Below, one piece after another: positions 13,208-26,969 of a stretch of 64,000 nucleotides of DNA. The position numbers and the translations under genes are program-made. The stretch comes from Pecten maximus (Eukaryota). The notes under the pieces are model-generated. The model did no database searches. It had not been told where the DNA came from and saw nothing but the letters and a program-made list of their open reading frames with translations. The stretch is from assembly GCF_902652985.1 (NCBI RefSeq), contig NC_047019.1, positions 11,470,001 to 11,534,000 on the forward strand. The letters are read 5' to 3'. How positions within the stretch are numbered: position 1 is the first letter of the stretch; each line of letters starts with the position of its first letter.

Positions 13208-15932
13208 AAACCAACATACCAGGTCAAATCGACCAACTAAGAAGATGCCTTGGAAATACTTACGAAATCAGTTGTCATATTTAAACAAGAGGCCGATTTG
13301 GCTTGTACTGTACCAATCATAATTCATTACGGGGTGGATGTTTGCTACCTCAAATTGTTTTCATAAAAGCCGCATTAGAAAATCAAAATAGAACGACTTG
13401 TCGAAATCTGTATCTCCAAAATTATCATTTGAAATGTACATTTTTTTATAATTGCATTGCAAAAATAAATACGTACAATGTGCTCCCGAGTTACCTTTTA
13501 AACTATTTTAAAACTAGGATACGCCGCCACACAAAGAACAATGACGTCAATGTCCCCGCCAGCGATCGAACCCATGACCGCTTCACGCATGGCTTAAAAT
13601 TTTCTACTCTACCAAATGAACTACGCTTAAACTCCTTAGCCGAGTCTGTATGTACAATGTTATAAAAGATGCCATTACGAACGTGTCACAATGACAGAAT
13701 TTAACATATATGTTTCAGTGACTGCTTTTTCGTGTTGTTCTGTCACCTTCATCAGGCAAATGACCAATGACGTGTATATGTACACGTGTACTAATGTACA
13801 AGTATGAAGTCTATGGAATTGTAATCAAATCGACAGATCTTTACAGTTACAAGTTGTTTAAACCTGTTCATAGGTATGCGAAACTATGGGCCCCCTCGTT
13901 TCGATATACTCGTAGAACCTCCCCTCTATTGCATTTCCAGATGGTGTTTTCAGATCTCAATAAACACACAACAGATATACTTTTGTGAATTAGACACAGA
14001 TTCATACGCACAAAGCAATGTTAATCATGTTTTAATTGTCAAAATAAAATTGACAAATTCAAATATTCAGCCTGAGAAATAATGTATTTTACAATAATGT
14101 ATTAAAATTTACGTTGTTTGTATTGTTTTAATGTAAGCATTGTGCTGTGTTGTGATATGTTCTGTTATTGCGTCATTTAAATGAAATTTAAAAAACAAAA
14201 ACAAAAAAAAACAATCTTTTCTTTTTTCACTTTAAAACTAATTATCATGAGTCATTTTTGGCACTGAACCATTCCCATGCATACACCGACATGTCATTTT
14301 GTGGGAGAAAAAAGAAATATTTGAAAATTACAATTTAGAAGTAACCATATTCCACAGAATAAGAATTATTTCACAAAACATGTCAACTATCAGAAAATTC
14401 TATGACATCCCAAGCCGTATACCCTGATTTTAAGACATGTGCAATGTTATGGAAACCATTAATCTCTCATATCAAGACCGATCGATCCATTTCTTCTGCA
14501 GAACGAATCTCTTAATGCGCATGGGCGGACACATGCCAATTACCCACAATTCAAGAGGATAGTTTTCTGTTACCCGCTCAAATTTGTCATTTATTCTGAA
14601 TGTGACGGTTGTCTTCCGTCCTGATTTAGACAGAGAACTGTACTATTCTAGAAAGTTCGCCCATACTACAACATCAACAGAAAAAAACAGATAGGAAAAA
14701 TAAAAACGTCTTTTATAAATCTCAATTGAGATGGTTGATTAGATCTATCAGTCGAATTTCGGAAAGTGCAATCGCCATTTTCCTCACATTGGCGCCACAC
14801 GTCTTTTAAAATTTCAAACAATGTACGGATTTTGCATTATACGTTTTTTATTTTATTTGATGACCAAAACATTAACGTCAAATACGTTTTTTTTTGCAAT
14901 ACAAAAAATAATGTAATATTTTTGAATTATTCATTTCAATGTCTTTAAAGATTAAGAAGAAATCTTTGTATGCAACATCTTATGTAATGGATGAAAAAAA
15001 TATCGATGTAAAATTTACAGTGAATGAAACATGACATCTGATTTTTTTGTTTCTGTGACTGAAGAACACACGTAACTGACAAGGGATTTCGATTTCGTGA
15101 ACACGTGATTGATCTTATGTTAATTTCAGGATCACTGTTTCATGAAATGAAATGGACATATTGTATACTACCAAGAAATGTCGGTATTGATGAAGGAGAA
15201 GATTCGGTGTACAAGTGTAGGCTTTGATTAGTTGTAGTTTCCAAACTCCATTGTATATATATATATATTCACTTTTATCTTTTTGCATCATATTTGGTTT
15301 TTATTTTTCATTCAATGATTTAAATTAAGTGTTTTACAGCAAATTTTACTTATGATGACGTATGAGATTATTTCATTAGAAAAAAATAGGAGTATAAAAT
15401 GTTAATGTCGAAGACGACTTTCTGCATTACTATTTGATTGATATTCGATAATTGTTATTTTATTGTATCATAATTATATGAACTCTTTACTTTATAGATA
15501 TATCTTACAAAAATCTTCACAGGGAATGAGTTAAAAGAAAACCAAATTTTAAAGTAGAGACTTTAAACATACATGTAAATATGTACAAAATGTCACGTTT
15601 GTGTACGAATTATATTTAAGTTTAAACTTATTTTATTGTCATTTGGACAAAAGGATAGGGCACAACTTTTCACAACTTATAAAAGCCCTCTCCGAAAATG
15701 GCCTAGACAATATTAATAAATTTACATAACAACACATTTTAAATACATATATAAATATGTGAATGTCTGTATATCTTAAAATCTTTTTCTGGACTTGATA
15801 GGAATTATATGATATGTGTCATTTCAACTTTTAACCGCATTATCCCCACTAACAATCGTCTCGTAGCAAATGAATGAATAATAAATTATATCAATAACTT
15901 GCACTCTTCATGGCTCGACGGAGGGCAGCGTT

Positions 15933-16162
15933 GGGGGCCGCCATGGCCGAGTGGTTAAGGTGTCCCGACACTTTATCACTAGCCCTCCACCTCTGGGTTG
16001 CGAGTTCGAAACCTACGTGGGGCAGTTGCCAGGTACTGACCGCAGGCCGGTGGTTTTTCTCCGGGTACTCCGGCTTTCCTCCACCTCCAAAACCTGGCAC
16101 GTCCTTAAATGACCCTGGCTGTTAATAGGACGTTAAACAAAAACAAACCAAACAAACCAAAA
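15933..16162 (+). mobile_element. Full-length tRNA-derived V-domain SINE with a 12-bp TSD
   Basis: A box TGGCCGAGTGG, B box GAGTTCGAAAC, V-domain GGTTTTTCTCCGGGTACTCCGGCTTTCCTCCAC, tail ..GACCCTGGCTGTTAATAGGACGTTAAAC(AAAC)n. Perfect TSD GAGGGCAGCGTT at 15921-32 and 16163-74. Confidence 0.92.
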
Positions 16163-16849
16163 GAGGGCAGCGTTCCTCTTCACGTCCGATCGGGGAATCG
16201 AACTATGGCCTTTTTGTAGGACTTACCGAAATTTAGTTTTTGTTTGTTGGTTTGTTTAATATTACGTCTGATAATGTTTCCCAACCATTATTACGGAGAC
16301 AACGTATGATACATATATGAATCTCAGTTACCTTAGTAAAGTGTACCCCTGTCGATTCATATTGTTATTTTTATATATCTATTAAGAAAAACAAGTAGTA
16401 TAGATAATACGTGTACAAAAGTATTCTTGTAAAGTAACTCTATTAACGACATTTTAAATGTGAATTCTGAAATATGAAACCATTGGAACATGCACCAAAT
16501 GTTCAAACCAATTGTTATACGTGCCTCAGAAATAATAATAATAAAAAAAAAGAACAAAAATAATTAAGCCTGAGTCTTATATGAAGTCTTTTAAAACCCG
16601 TTAAGGAAAATAGTTATGTTTGTCAGATTGGTTATAGGAGAGTGTTGATTTCCCTATCGAGAACTATTTCGACGCAATTCTAACCTCAAACGAATCATGC
16701 AACGCCCTCAAAGGGTAGACTGAGGCAGAAACACAGGAATCACGAAGTTAAGGTAACGCTTATTGTAACAACTAGGAGTCTCCCAAAAGAAATAGAGCAT
16801 TTTCTTTTTAAATCGCGAAGGCGACAATTTTACCTTTGTAGTGTTTATC

Positions 16850-19800
16850 AGGGTAAATATCACGATTAACAGTCGACCTATGTCACGGATAACAGTACGT
16901 TATAGGGTAAATATCACGATCAACAGTCGACATATGTCACAGATAACAGTACGTTATAGGGTAAATATCACGATCAACAGTCGACATATGTCACGGATAA
17001 CAGTACGTTATAGGGTAAATATCACGATCAACAGTCGACATATGTCACGATAACAGTACGTTATAGGATAAATATCACGATCAACAGTCGACATATGTCA
17101 CGGATAACAGTACGTTATAGGGTAAATATCTAGATCAACAGTCGACATATGTCACGATAACAGTACGTTATAGGGTAAATATCACGATCAACAGTCGACA
17201 TATGTCACGGATAACAGTACGTTATAGGGTAAATATCACGATCAACAGTCGACATATGTCACGATAACAGTACGTTATAGGGTAAATATCACGATCAACA
17301 GTCGACATATGTCACAGATAACAGTACGTTATAGGGTAAATATCACGATCAACAGTCGACATATGTCACGGATAACAGTGCATTATAGGGTAAATATCAC
17401 GATCAACAGTCGACATATGTCACGATAACAGTAGGTTATAGGATAAATATCACGATCAACAGTCGACATATGTCACGGATAACAGTACGTTATAGGGTAA
17501 ATATCACGATCAACAGTCGACATATGTCACAGATAACAGTACGTTATAGGGTAAATATCACGATCAACAGTCGACATATGTCACGGATAACAGTACATTA
17601 TAGGGTAAATATCACGATCAACAGTCGACGTATGTCACGGATAACAGTACGTTATAGGGTAAATATCACGATGAACAGTCGATATATGTCACAGATAACA
17701 GTACGTTATAGGGTAAATATCACGATCAACAGTTGACATATGTCACGATAACAGTACGTTATAGGGTTAATATCACGATGAACAGTCGACATATGTCACG
17801 ATAACAGTACGTTATAGGGTAAATATCACGATCAACAGTCGACATATGTCACAGATAACAGTACGTTATAGGGTAAATATCACGATCAACAGTCGACATA
17901 TGTCACGATAACAGTACGTTATAGGGTAAATATCACGATCAACAGTCGACATATGTCACGGATAACAGTACGTTATAGGGTAAATATCACGATCAACAGT
18001 CGACATATGTCACAGATAACAGTACTATATAGGGTAAATAGCACGATCAACAGTCGACATATGTCACGGATAACAGTACGTTATAGGGTAAATATCACGA
18101 TCAACAGTCGACATATGTCACGGATAATAGTACGTTATAGGGTAAATATCACGATCAACAGTCGACATATGTCACGGATAACAGTACGTTATAGGGTAAA
18201 TATCACGATCAACAGTCGACATATGTCACGATAACAGTACGTTATAGGGTAAATATCACGATCAACAGTCGACATATGTCATGGATAACAGTACGTTATA
18301 GGGTAAACATCACGATCAACAGTCGACATATGTCACGATAACAGTACGTTATAGGGTAAATATCACGATCAACAGTCGACATATGTCACAGATAACAGTA
18401 CGTTATAGGGTAAATATCTCGATCAACAGTCGACATATGTCACAGATAACAGTACGTTTTAGGGTAAATATCACGATCAACAGTCGACATATGTCACGAT
18501 AACAGTACGTTATAGGGTAAATATCACGATCAACAGTCGACATATGTCACGATAACAGTACGTTATAGGGTAAATATCACGATCAACAGTCGACCTATGT
18601 CCCAGATAACAGTACGTTATACGGTAAATATCACGATCAACAGTCGACATATGTCACAGATAACAGTACGTTATAGGGTAAATATCACGATCAACAGTGG
18701 ACATATGTCACGGATAACAGTACGTTATAGGGTAAATATCACGATCAACAGTCGACATATGTCACGATAACAGTACATTATAGGGTAAATATCACGATCA
18801 ACAGTCGACATAAGTCACGGATAACAGTACGTTATAGGGTAAATATCACGATCAACAGTCGACATATGTCCCAGATAACAGTACGTTATAGGGTAAATAC
18901 CACGATCAACAGTCGACATATGTCACAGATAACAGTACGTTATAGGGTAAATATCACGATCAACAGTCGACACATGTCACGATAACAGTACGTTATAGGG
19001 TAAATATCACGATCAACAGTCGACATATGTCACAGATAACAGTACGTTATAGGGTAAATATCACGATCAACAGTCGACATATGTCACGATAACAGTACGT
19101 TATAGGGTAAATATCACGATTAACAGTCGACATATGTCACGATACAGTACATTATAGGGTAAATATCACGATCAACAGTCGACATATGTCACAGATAACA
19201 GTACGTTATAGGGTAAATATCACGATCAACAGTCGACATATGTCACGATAACAGTACGTTATAGGGTAAATATCACGATCAACAGTCGACATATGTCACG
19301 GATAACAGTACGTTATAGGGTAAATATCACGATCAACAGTCGACATATGTCACGGATAACAGTACGTTATAGGGTAAATATCACGATCAACAGTCGACAT
19401 ATGTCACGGATAACAGTACGTTATAGGGTAAATATCACGATCAACAGTCGACATATGTCATGGATAACAGTACGTTATAGGGTAAACATCACGATCAACA
19501 GTCGACATATGTCACGATAACAGTACGTTATAGGGTAAATATCACGATCAACAGTCGACATATGTCACATATAACAGTACGTTATAGGGTAAATATCACG
19601 ATCAACAGTCGACATATGTCACAGATAACAGTACGTTTTAGGGTAAATATCACGATCAACAGTCGACATATGTCCCAGATAACAGTACGTTATAGGGTAA
19701 ATATCACGATCAACAGTCGACATATGTCACAGATAACAGTACGTTATAGGGTAAATATCACGATCAACAGTCGACATATGTCACGGATAACAGTACGTTA

Positions 19801-21898
19801 TAGGGTAAATATCACGATCAACAGTCGACATATGTCACAGATAACAGTACGTTATAGGGTAAATATCACGATTAACAGTCGACATATGTCACGATAACAG
19901 TACATTATAGGGTAAATATCACGATCAACAGTCGACATATGTCACGGATAACAGTACGTTATAGGGTAAATATCACGATCAACAGTCGACATATGTCACA
20001 GATAACAGAACGTTATAGGGTAAATATCACGATCAACAGTCGACATATGTCACAGATAACAGTACGTTATAGGGTAAATATCACGATCAGCAGTCGACAT
20101 ATGTCACGATAACAGTACGTTATAGGGTAAATATCACGATCAACAGTCGACATATGTCACAGATAACAGTACGTTTTAGGGTAAATATCACGATCAACAG
20201 TCGACATATGTCCTAGATAACAGTACGTTATAGGGTAAATATAACGATCAACAGTCGACATATGTCACGATAACAGTACGTTATAGGGTAAATATCACGA
20301 TCAACAGTCGACATATGTCACGATAACAGTACGTTATAGGGTAAATATCACGATCAACAGTCGACATATGTCACGGATAGCAGTACGTTATAGGGTAAAT
20401 ATCACTATCAACAGTCGACATATGTCACGATAACAGTACGTTATAGGGTAAATATCACGATCAACAGTCGACATATGTCGGGATAACAGTACGTTATAGG
20501 GTAAATATCACGATCAACAGTCGACATATGTCACGATAACAGTACGTTATAGGGTAAATATCACGATCAACAGTCGACATATGTCACGATAACAGTACGT
20601 TATAGGGTAAATATCACGATCAACAGTCGACATATGTCACAGATAACAGTACGTTATAGGGTAAATATCACGATCAACAGTCGACATATGTCACGGATAA
20701 CAGTACGTTATAGGGTAAATATCACTATCAACAGTCGACATATGTCACGATAACAGTACGTTATAGGGTAAATATCACGATCAACAGTCGACATATGTCG
20801 GGATAACAGTACGTTATAGGGTAAATATCACGATCACCAGTCGACATATGTCACGATAACAGTACGTTATAGGGTAAATATCACGATCAACAGTCGACAT
20901 ATGTCACGATAACAGTACGTTATAGGGTAAATATCACGATCAACAGTCGACATATGTCACGATAACAGTACGTTATAGGGTAAATATCACGATCAACAGT
21001 CGACATATGCCACGATAACAGTACGTTATAGGGTAAAATATCACGATCAACAGTCGACATATGTCACAGATAACAGTACGTTATAGGGTAAATATCACGA
21101 TCAACAGTCGACAAATGTCACAGATAACAGTACGTTACATGAGATGTATAGGGTAAATATCACGATCAACAGTCGACATATGTCACCGATAACAGTACGT
21201 TATAGGGTAAATATCACGATCAACAGTCGACATATGTCACGAATAACAGTACGTTATAAGGTAAATATCACAATCAACAGTCGACATATGTCACGATAAC
21301 AGTACGTTATAGGGTAAATATCACGATCAACAGTCGACATATGTCACAGATAACAGTACGTTATAGGGTAAATATCACGATCAACAGTCGACATATGTCA
21401 CAGATAACAGTACGTTATAGGGTAAATATCACGATCAACAGTCGACCTATGTCAGAGATAACAGTACGTTATAGGGTAAATATCACGATCAACAGTCGAT
21501 ATATGTCACGATAACAGTACGTTATAGGGTAAATATCACGATCAACAGTTGACATATGTCACGATAACAGTACGTTATAGGGTAAATATCACGATCAACG
21601 GTCGACATATGTCACAGATAACAGTACGTTATAGGGTAAATATCACGATCAACAGTCGACATATGTCGGGATAACAGTACGTTATAGGGTAAATATCACG
21701 ATCAACAGTCGACATATGTCACGGATAACAGTACGTTATAGGGTAAATATCACGATCAACAGTCGACATATGTCACGATAACAGTACGTTATAGGGTAAA
21801 TATCACGATCAACAGTTGACATATGTCACAGATAACAGTACGTTATAGGGTTAATATCACGATCAACAGTCGACATATGTCACGGATAACAGTACGTT
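16850..21898. repeat. 53/54-bp tandem array (GGGTAAATATCACGATCAACAGTCGACATATGTCACGGATAACAGTACGTTATA), about 94 copies
   Basis: Highly homogeneous head-to-tail units with no unique spacers. Confidence 0.98.
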
Positions 21899-21904
21899 AA
21901 AATT

Positions 21905-23545
21905 CTCCTTATCCTTCCATCCTCCTTATCCTCCCATCCTCCCATCCGCCCATCCTCCCATCCTCCTCATCCTCCCTTCCTCCCATCCTCCCATCCTCCT
22001 TATCCTCCCATCCTCCCATCCTCCCATCCTCCTCATCCTCCAATCCTCCAATACTCATTATCCTCCCATCCTCCTTACTCTCCTCATCCTCCCATCCCCC
22101 CATCCGCCCATCCTCCCATTCTCCTTATCCGCCCATCCTCCCATCCTCCCATCCTCTAATCCTCCTTATCCTCCTCATCCTCCCATCCTCCTCATCCTCC
22201 ATTCCTCCTTATCCTCCCATCCTCCTCATCCTCCCATCCTCCCATCCTCCATCCTCCTTATCCTCCCATCCTCCCACCCTCCCATTCTCCTTATCCTTCC
22301 ATCCTCCTTATCCTCCCAACCGCCCATCCTCCCATCCTCCTCATCCTCCCATCCTCCCATCCTCCTCATCCTCCCATCCTCCCATCCTCCCTTCCTCCCA
22401 TCCTCCCATCCTCCCATCGCCCATCCTCCTCATCCTCCCATCCTCCTCATCCTCCATTCCTCCTTATCCTCCCATCCTCCCATCCTCCCATCCTCCCATC
22501 CTCCCATCCTCCTCATCCTCCCATCCTCCCATCCTCCCATCCTCCTTATCCTCCCATCCTCCCACCCTCCCATTCTTCTTATCCTTCCATCCTCCTTATC
22601 CTCCCAACCGCCCATCCTCCCATCCTCCTCATCCTCCCATCCTCCCATCCTCCCTTCCTCCCATCCTCCCATCCTCCCATCGCCCATCCTCCTCATCCTC
22701 CCATCCTCCCATCCTCCCATCCTCCTCATCCTCCATTCCTCCTTATCCTCCCATCCTCCCATCCTCCCATCCTCCCATCCTCCCCATCCTCCTCATCCTC
22801 ACATCATCCCATCCTCCTCATCCTCCCATCCTCCCATCCGCCTCATCCTCCCATCCTCCCATCCTCCTAATCCTTCCATCCTCCCTTCCTCCCATCCTCC
22901 TCATCCTCCCATCCTCCCATCCTCCCATCCTCCTCATCCTCCCATCCTCCCATCCTCCCAACCTCCCGTCATCCCATCCTCCCATCCTCCTCATTCTCCC
23001 ATCCTCCCATCCTCCTCATCCTCCCATCCTCCCATCCTCCTATCCTCCCATCCTCCTCATCCTCCCATCCTCCCATCCTCCCATCCTCCTCATCCTCCCA
23101 TCCTCCTTATTCTCCCATCCTCCCATCCTCCTCATCCTCCCATCCTCCCCATCCTCCCGTCATCCCATCCTCCCATCCTCCTCATTCTCCCATCCTCCCA
23201 TCCTCCTCATCCTCCCATCCTCCCATCTTCCTCATCCTCCCATCCTCCCATCCTCCCATCCTCCTCATCCTCCCATCCTCCTTATCCTCCCATCCTCCCA
23301 TCCTCCTCATCCTCCATCCTCTAATACTCATGATCCTCCCATCCTCTTTATCCACCCATCCGCCCATCCTCCCATCCTCCCATCCTCCCATCCTCCTCAT
23401 CCTCCCATCCTCCCATCCTCCTCATCCTCCCATTCTCCTTATCCTCCCATCCTCCCATCCTCCCATCCTCCCATCCTCCCATCCTCCTCATCCTCCTTAT
23501 CCTCCCATCCTCCCATCCTCCCCGTCCTCCCATCCTCCCCATCCG
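21905..23545. repeat. Pyrimidine-rich simple satellite, (CCATCCTC)n with 9-bp variants
   Basis: About 1.6 kb of 8/9-bp units. It explains the MGGWEDGR ORFs. Confidence 0.97.
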
Positions 23546-24282
23546 TCGGTACATCCCTGGTCCCCTCAGTTCGTGTGATTTACCAAAATAAAGTACAGGG
23601 ATGTCTGAACTGATTCATAAAAATATTAAGTTGATGTTTTTATTCTTTATGTTTTTTGTTTTTGTTTTTAATTATTTGTGTAAAAATGGTACTCATTGTG
23701 ATCATATATGCTATTCCTCAATTTATATATAATGTATTGTGGATAGGGCCTTACTAATGTTGTTATACTTTGTGCCATATCCTTTATGCTTTTGATGAAA
23801 ATGAAATATGTTTAAATTATGGAATTACCTTTTTTTTCATCTCCCTTTCCAGATTTCGATTTTTTTCGACCTATTTTGACTATACATACTGTTGCATTTT
23901 CTACTGTCGATAAACTGTGCAAAGAGGGACAACTCTTAATTACATATCATACCATCCAGATTTGTGATACTATTTTTAAAGCCGCCTGAAAAAATATTTT
24001 GACTTTCTATCTTATAACTTTCCCAGAATAAAATCCGGTTCATAATTAGGTGAAAATAAATAGAAAAATATAAGTGATATCTTATATCTTACTCTTAGAG
24101 AAAACACAAGCTATTTAGATTTCCTAGACGACTTAAAGTGGAAAAAGATACTCCTCAAAGTAACGAAGTTCTACTGAATAATACCACGTAATTCAATCAA
24201 AATAGTGACTTAAATATATTAAAAAGATTGAACATTACATATATTTATTTACATATAATTACTTTCATATATTTATTTATTA

Positions 24283-24579
24283 AAGGGTTAACTGTAATAT
24301 TTTTTTAACGTTATTGAGCAATAACGTAAAAAATAATTTACAGTTAACCCTTATAATTTAATTAACAACGATAAGAAATATTTTCATTAAGTTTAACATG
24401 TTTATTTTGCTCCAGATATTTAAAAACACATCGATAAATACAAAATCCCGTGAACAACGATTACTCCGCTACTTCCGGTATAACTGAAAGTAGTTCCTTT
24501 TATTTTATTTTATGTTATGAGATGATAACATAATTTTTTGAGCCAATGAAAATGCTTGTTACAAGCAAAATTAAATTAT
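24283..24579 (+). mobile_element. Interspersed repeat of about 295 bp with an internal terminal hairpin (non-autonomous element, HINE/MITE-like), copy 1
   Basis: Reverse-complement match to 26686-26969. Internal IR AAGGGTTAACTGTAA..TTACAGTTAACCCTT. Confidence 0.75.
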
Positions 24580-25147
24580 ATACATTTACCTTCATATATA
24601 TTTATTTACAGACATTTACTTTTATATACATATACATGCATTTATATACAAATATTTACATTTATATATCTATCTACATGTACATACACAAATGTATATC
24701 TATTCACGTGTATTTATTTACCTGAAAATATTTTATATCAAGTACAATTAATACAAGTTGTGTTAGCTCAATACTTGGTGTTGATGGTTAGCTTTGATTT
24801 TAGTTGGGAGGAAGATTGCTCAAAATTGTAATGCTCATGATATACCTATGGGTCCTTAAATTAGGATTAAACGTTCGCTGGAATCATTTTAAAGTGGGTA
24901 TTCAAATATATAGTGGTGTATATATCCATTCCCAAAGTCACGCCTACACGTAGATACTGATGACTCAAGCATATCCTTATTTAAGTAGCTAGCATTTCTT
25001 TGCACATAGTCTGTTGTATTTTTCTTTTTCTATGGTATTTAAATGTAATGATGGTCATTGATACTACTACTAGCATTAATTAATTGAATGATTTATTCAG
25101 TTTTTTTTAAATTGTTTCTTATAGCTGGCATCAATTAGATCAAACTC

Positions 25148-25345
25148 ATTAAGTGTTGATATTCGCTGGATGCCTATCACTAAAAAATTGATACTGTAAA
25201 CTTATCAATTTTGGCGCACTGAAATTTTCGCGCATTTCCAAATTATATTAAGTGTTGATGTTCGCTGGATGCGTATTACCAAAAATTGATACTGTAAACT
25301 CAATAATTTTGGCGAACTCAAATTTTCGCGCATTTCCAAATTATA
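25148..25345. repeat. Direct tandem duplication of about 99 bp, including the left end of a TACTGTAAAC MITE-like element
   Basis: ATTAAGTGTTGAT(A/G)TTCGCTGGATGC...TTTTCGCGCATTTCCAAATTAT occurs twice. Confidence 0.8.
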
Positions 25346-26269
25346 ACATATTAGCGCAATGAAGAACTAGCGCATTCTCACATCTTCAGTAAGAATAACA
25401 CATAGAACATGTTATTAGCGCAATCATAACTTATCACAATTCTTCTAGACCGAAAAGCGCTATTATTGTGTTACCGCTAAAATGTGTACGGTTTTAGTTT
25501 GTGATCAGTGAAATAAATTTTCGAGGTGATCCGCCCTTTATCAAGACAAACAGACAAAGAATATGAAACAGGATACATAAAACTAGCAGTTAATCTACGA
25601 ACAATATCATGGAGTGTTGTTTGTGTTAGTGATTCCTTCGGTCGATAATTAGTTCGCCGACGGTGAAGAGTGGACCCTCGATAATCCGAACACCTTCGTT
25701 CCAGGCCCAACTCGTACGGATTACGAGTTTTCCGGACTGCCGAATTTCGTATACAAGGTCAAAAATAATTGTCGTGTAAGAGTTACGTCCCTTGACTATG
25801 TACACTGCGGGACGTTTAAATAAAATACTTACATTTCATAAACACGTCTAACTGCCAAATTGTATAGTTTTTGGCGGTGTAGCATATTGGGTGTTATTGA
25901 ATAACCTCTTAATTTTCAATGGCTTTGGGAGTTTGCTGAAAACTTTCATCACATACTCGACCTGTTATCCTGTGAAATCACCCATGTAATAATTTAACGA
26001 TAATATGTCACTAGTTCAACATATCCAGGAGCAGATTCTTTGGCTGCGCTAGTCAGAAATCGATCGTGACGTCATATATTGATAACGACGTTAGGTCATG
26101 TATTAAACATGGCGCAAAAAGGCAGCTGCCTACGTTTGATTTTGCCCTCCTAGCTTGACTTTAAACCCTATAAAAATGTCAGTTTTCTGAGTAATGTGAT
26201 AAGAAGTATCTTAAATTCGTTTTCATTTCATACGATAAACCTGCAGGTATTGCGTGTATTATAAGAAGC

Positions 26270-26530
26270 GGGATGTCTACCCCCTGGTCGAGACATACTG
26301 GTCTTGAAAAGTGGTAGTCGCTCTCCTGCTCAGCATTTTTGGGAGTGGGACGATGTCAGTATAATGTTACTGGGTGGGGTGTCCTGCTGGGTGTCTTCGA
26401 CAGTATGCTTCAGTGAGGTAGCACTATAAATCGGTAAAAGTACCGCATCCTCCCAAAACACACATACGCACTCGCACGGGAGACCGTCCTGAAATGTCCT
26501 TATCTGTTGATAGGACAAACCTAACCAAAA
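26270..26530 (+). mobile_element. 5'-degraded Meta-domain SINE
   Basis: AAAAGTGGTAG..GGGAGTGGGACGATGTCAGTATAATG..GTGTCTTCGACAGTATGCTTCAGTGAGGTAGCACTATAAA, with a tail CGTCCTGAAATGTCCTTATCTGTTGATAGGAC resembling that of the V-SINE. Confidence 0.7.
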
Positions 26531-26685
26531 ATGTCATACTAGATTTTAATAAAACTCGTCGCTCGCGAAAATGAAAACTCCTTAAACTCGTTTTTCAGAA
26601 TCTCGTGAAATGGAAACCCATTTAGATCCTCTATATTGTGAGAAATCGAAACCGGCGAGGCATTTTAGACTTTCGTTTTACATAC

Positions 26686-26969
26686 ATAATTTAATTTTGC
26701 TTGTAACAAGCATTTTCATTGACTCAAAAAATTATGTTATCATCTCATAACATAACATGACGTCAGCGGAGTAATCGTTGTTCACGGGATTTTGTATTTA
26801 TCGATGTGTTTTTAAATATCTGGAGCAAAATAAACATGGTAAACTTAATGCAAATGTTTCTTATCGTTGTTAATTAAATTAGAAGGGTTAGCGGTTTATT
26901 CAGAGTACACCCCAGTTTTTTGTGTTATTGCTCAATAACGTAAAAAAAAATATATTACAGTTAACCCTT
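26686..26969 (-). mobile_element. Inverted copy 2 of the repeat at 24283-24579
   Basis: Long reverse-complement identity, for example TCGTTGTTCACGGGATTTTGTATTTATCGATGTGTTTTTAAATATCTGGAGCAAAATAAACATG. Confidence 0.75.

Noticed and set aside
15933-16020. tRNA gene
   Set aside because: The A/B boxes are followed by a SINE body, tail and TSD, and no clean cloverleaf is evident.
16850-21898. CRISPR-like regular array
   Set aside because: Units are head-to-tail with no unique spacers, there are no cas genes, and the context is eukaryotic.
21909-23578. MGGWEDGR / Pro-rich ORFs
   Set aside because: Simple 8/9-bp satellite translations with frequent frameshifts.
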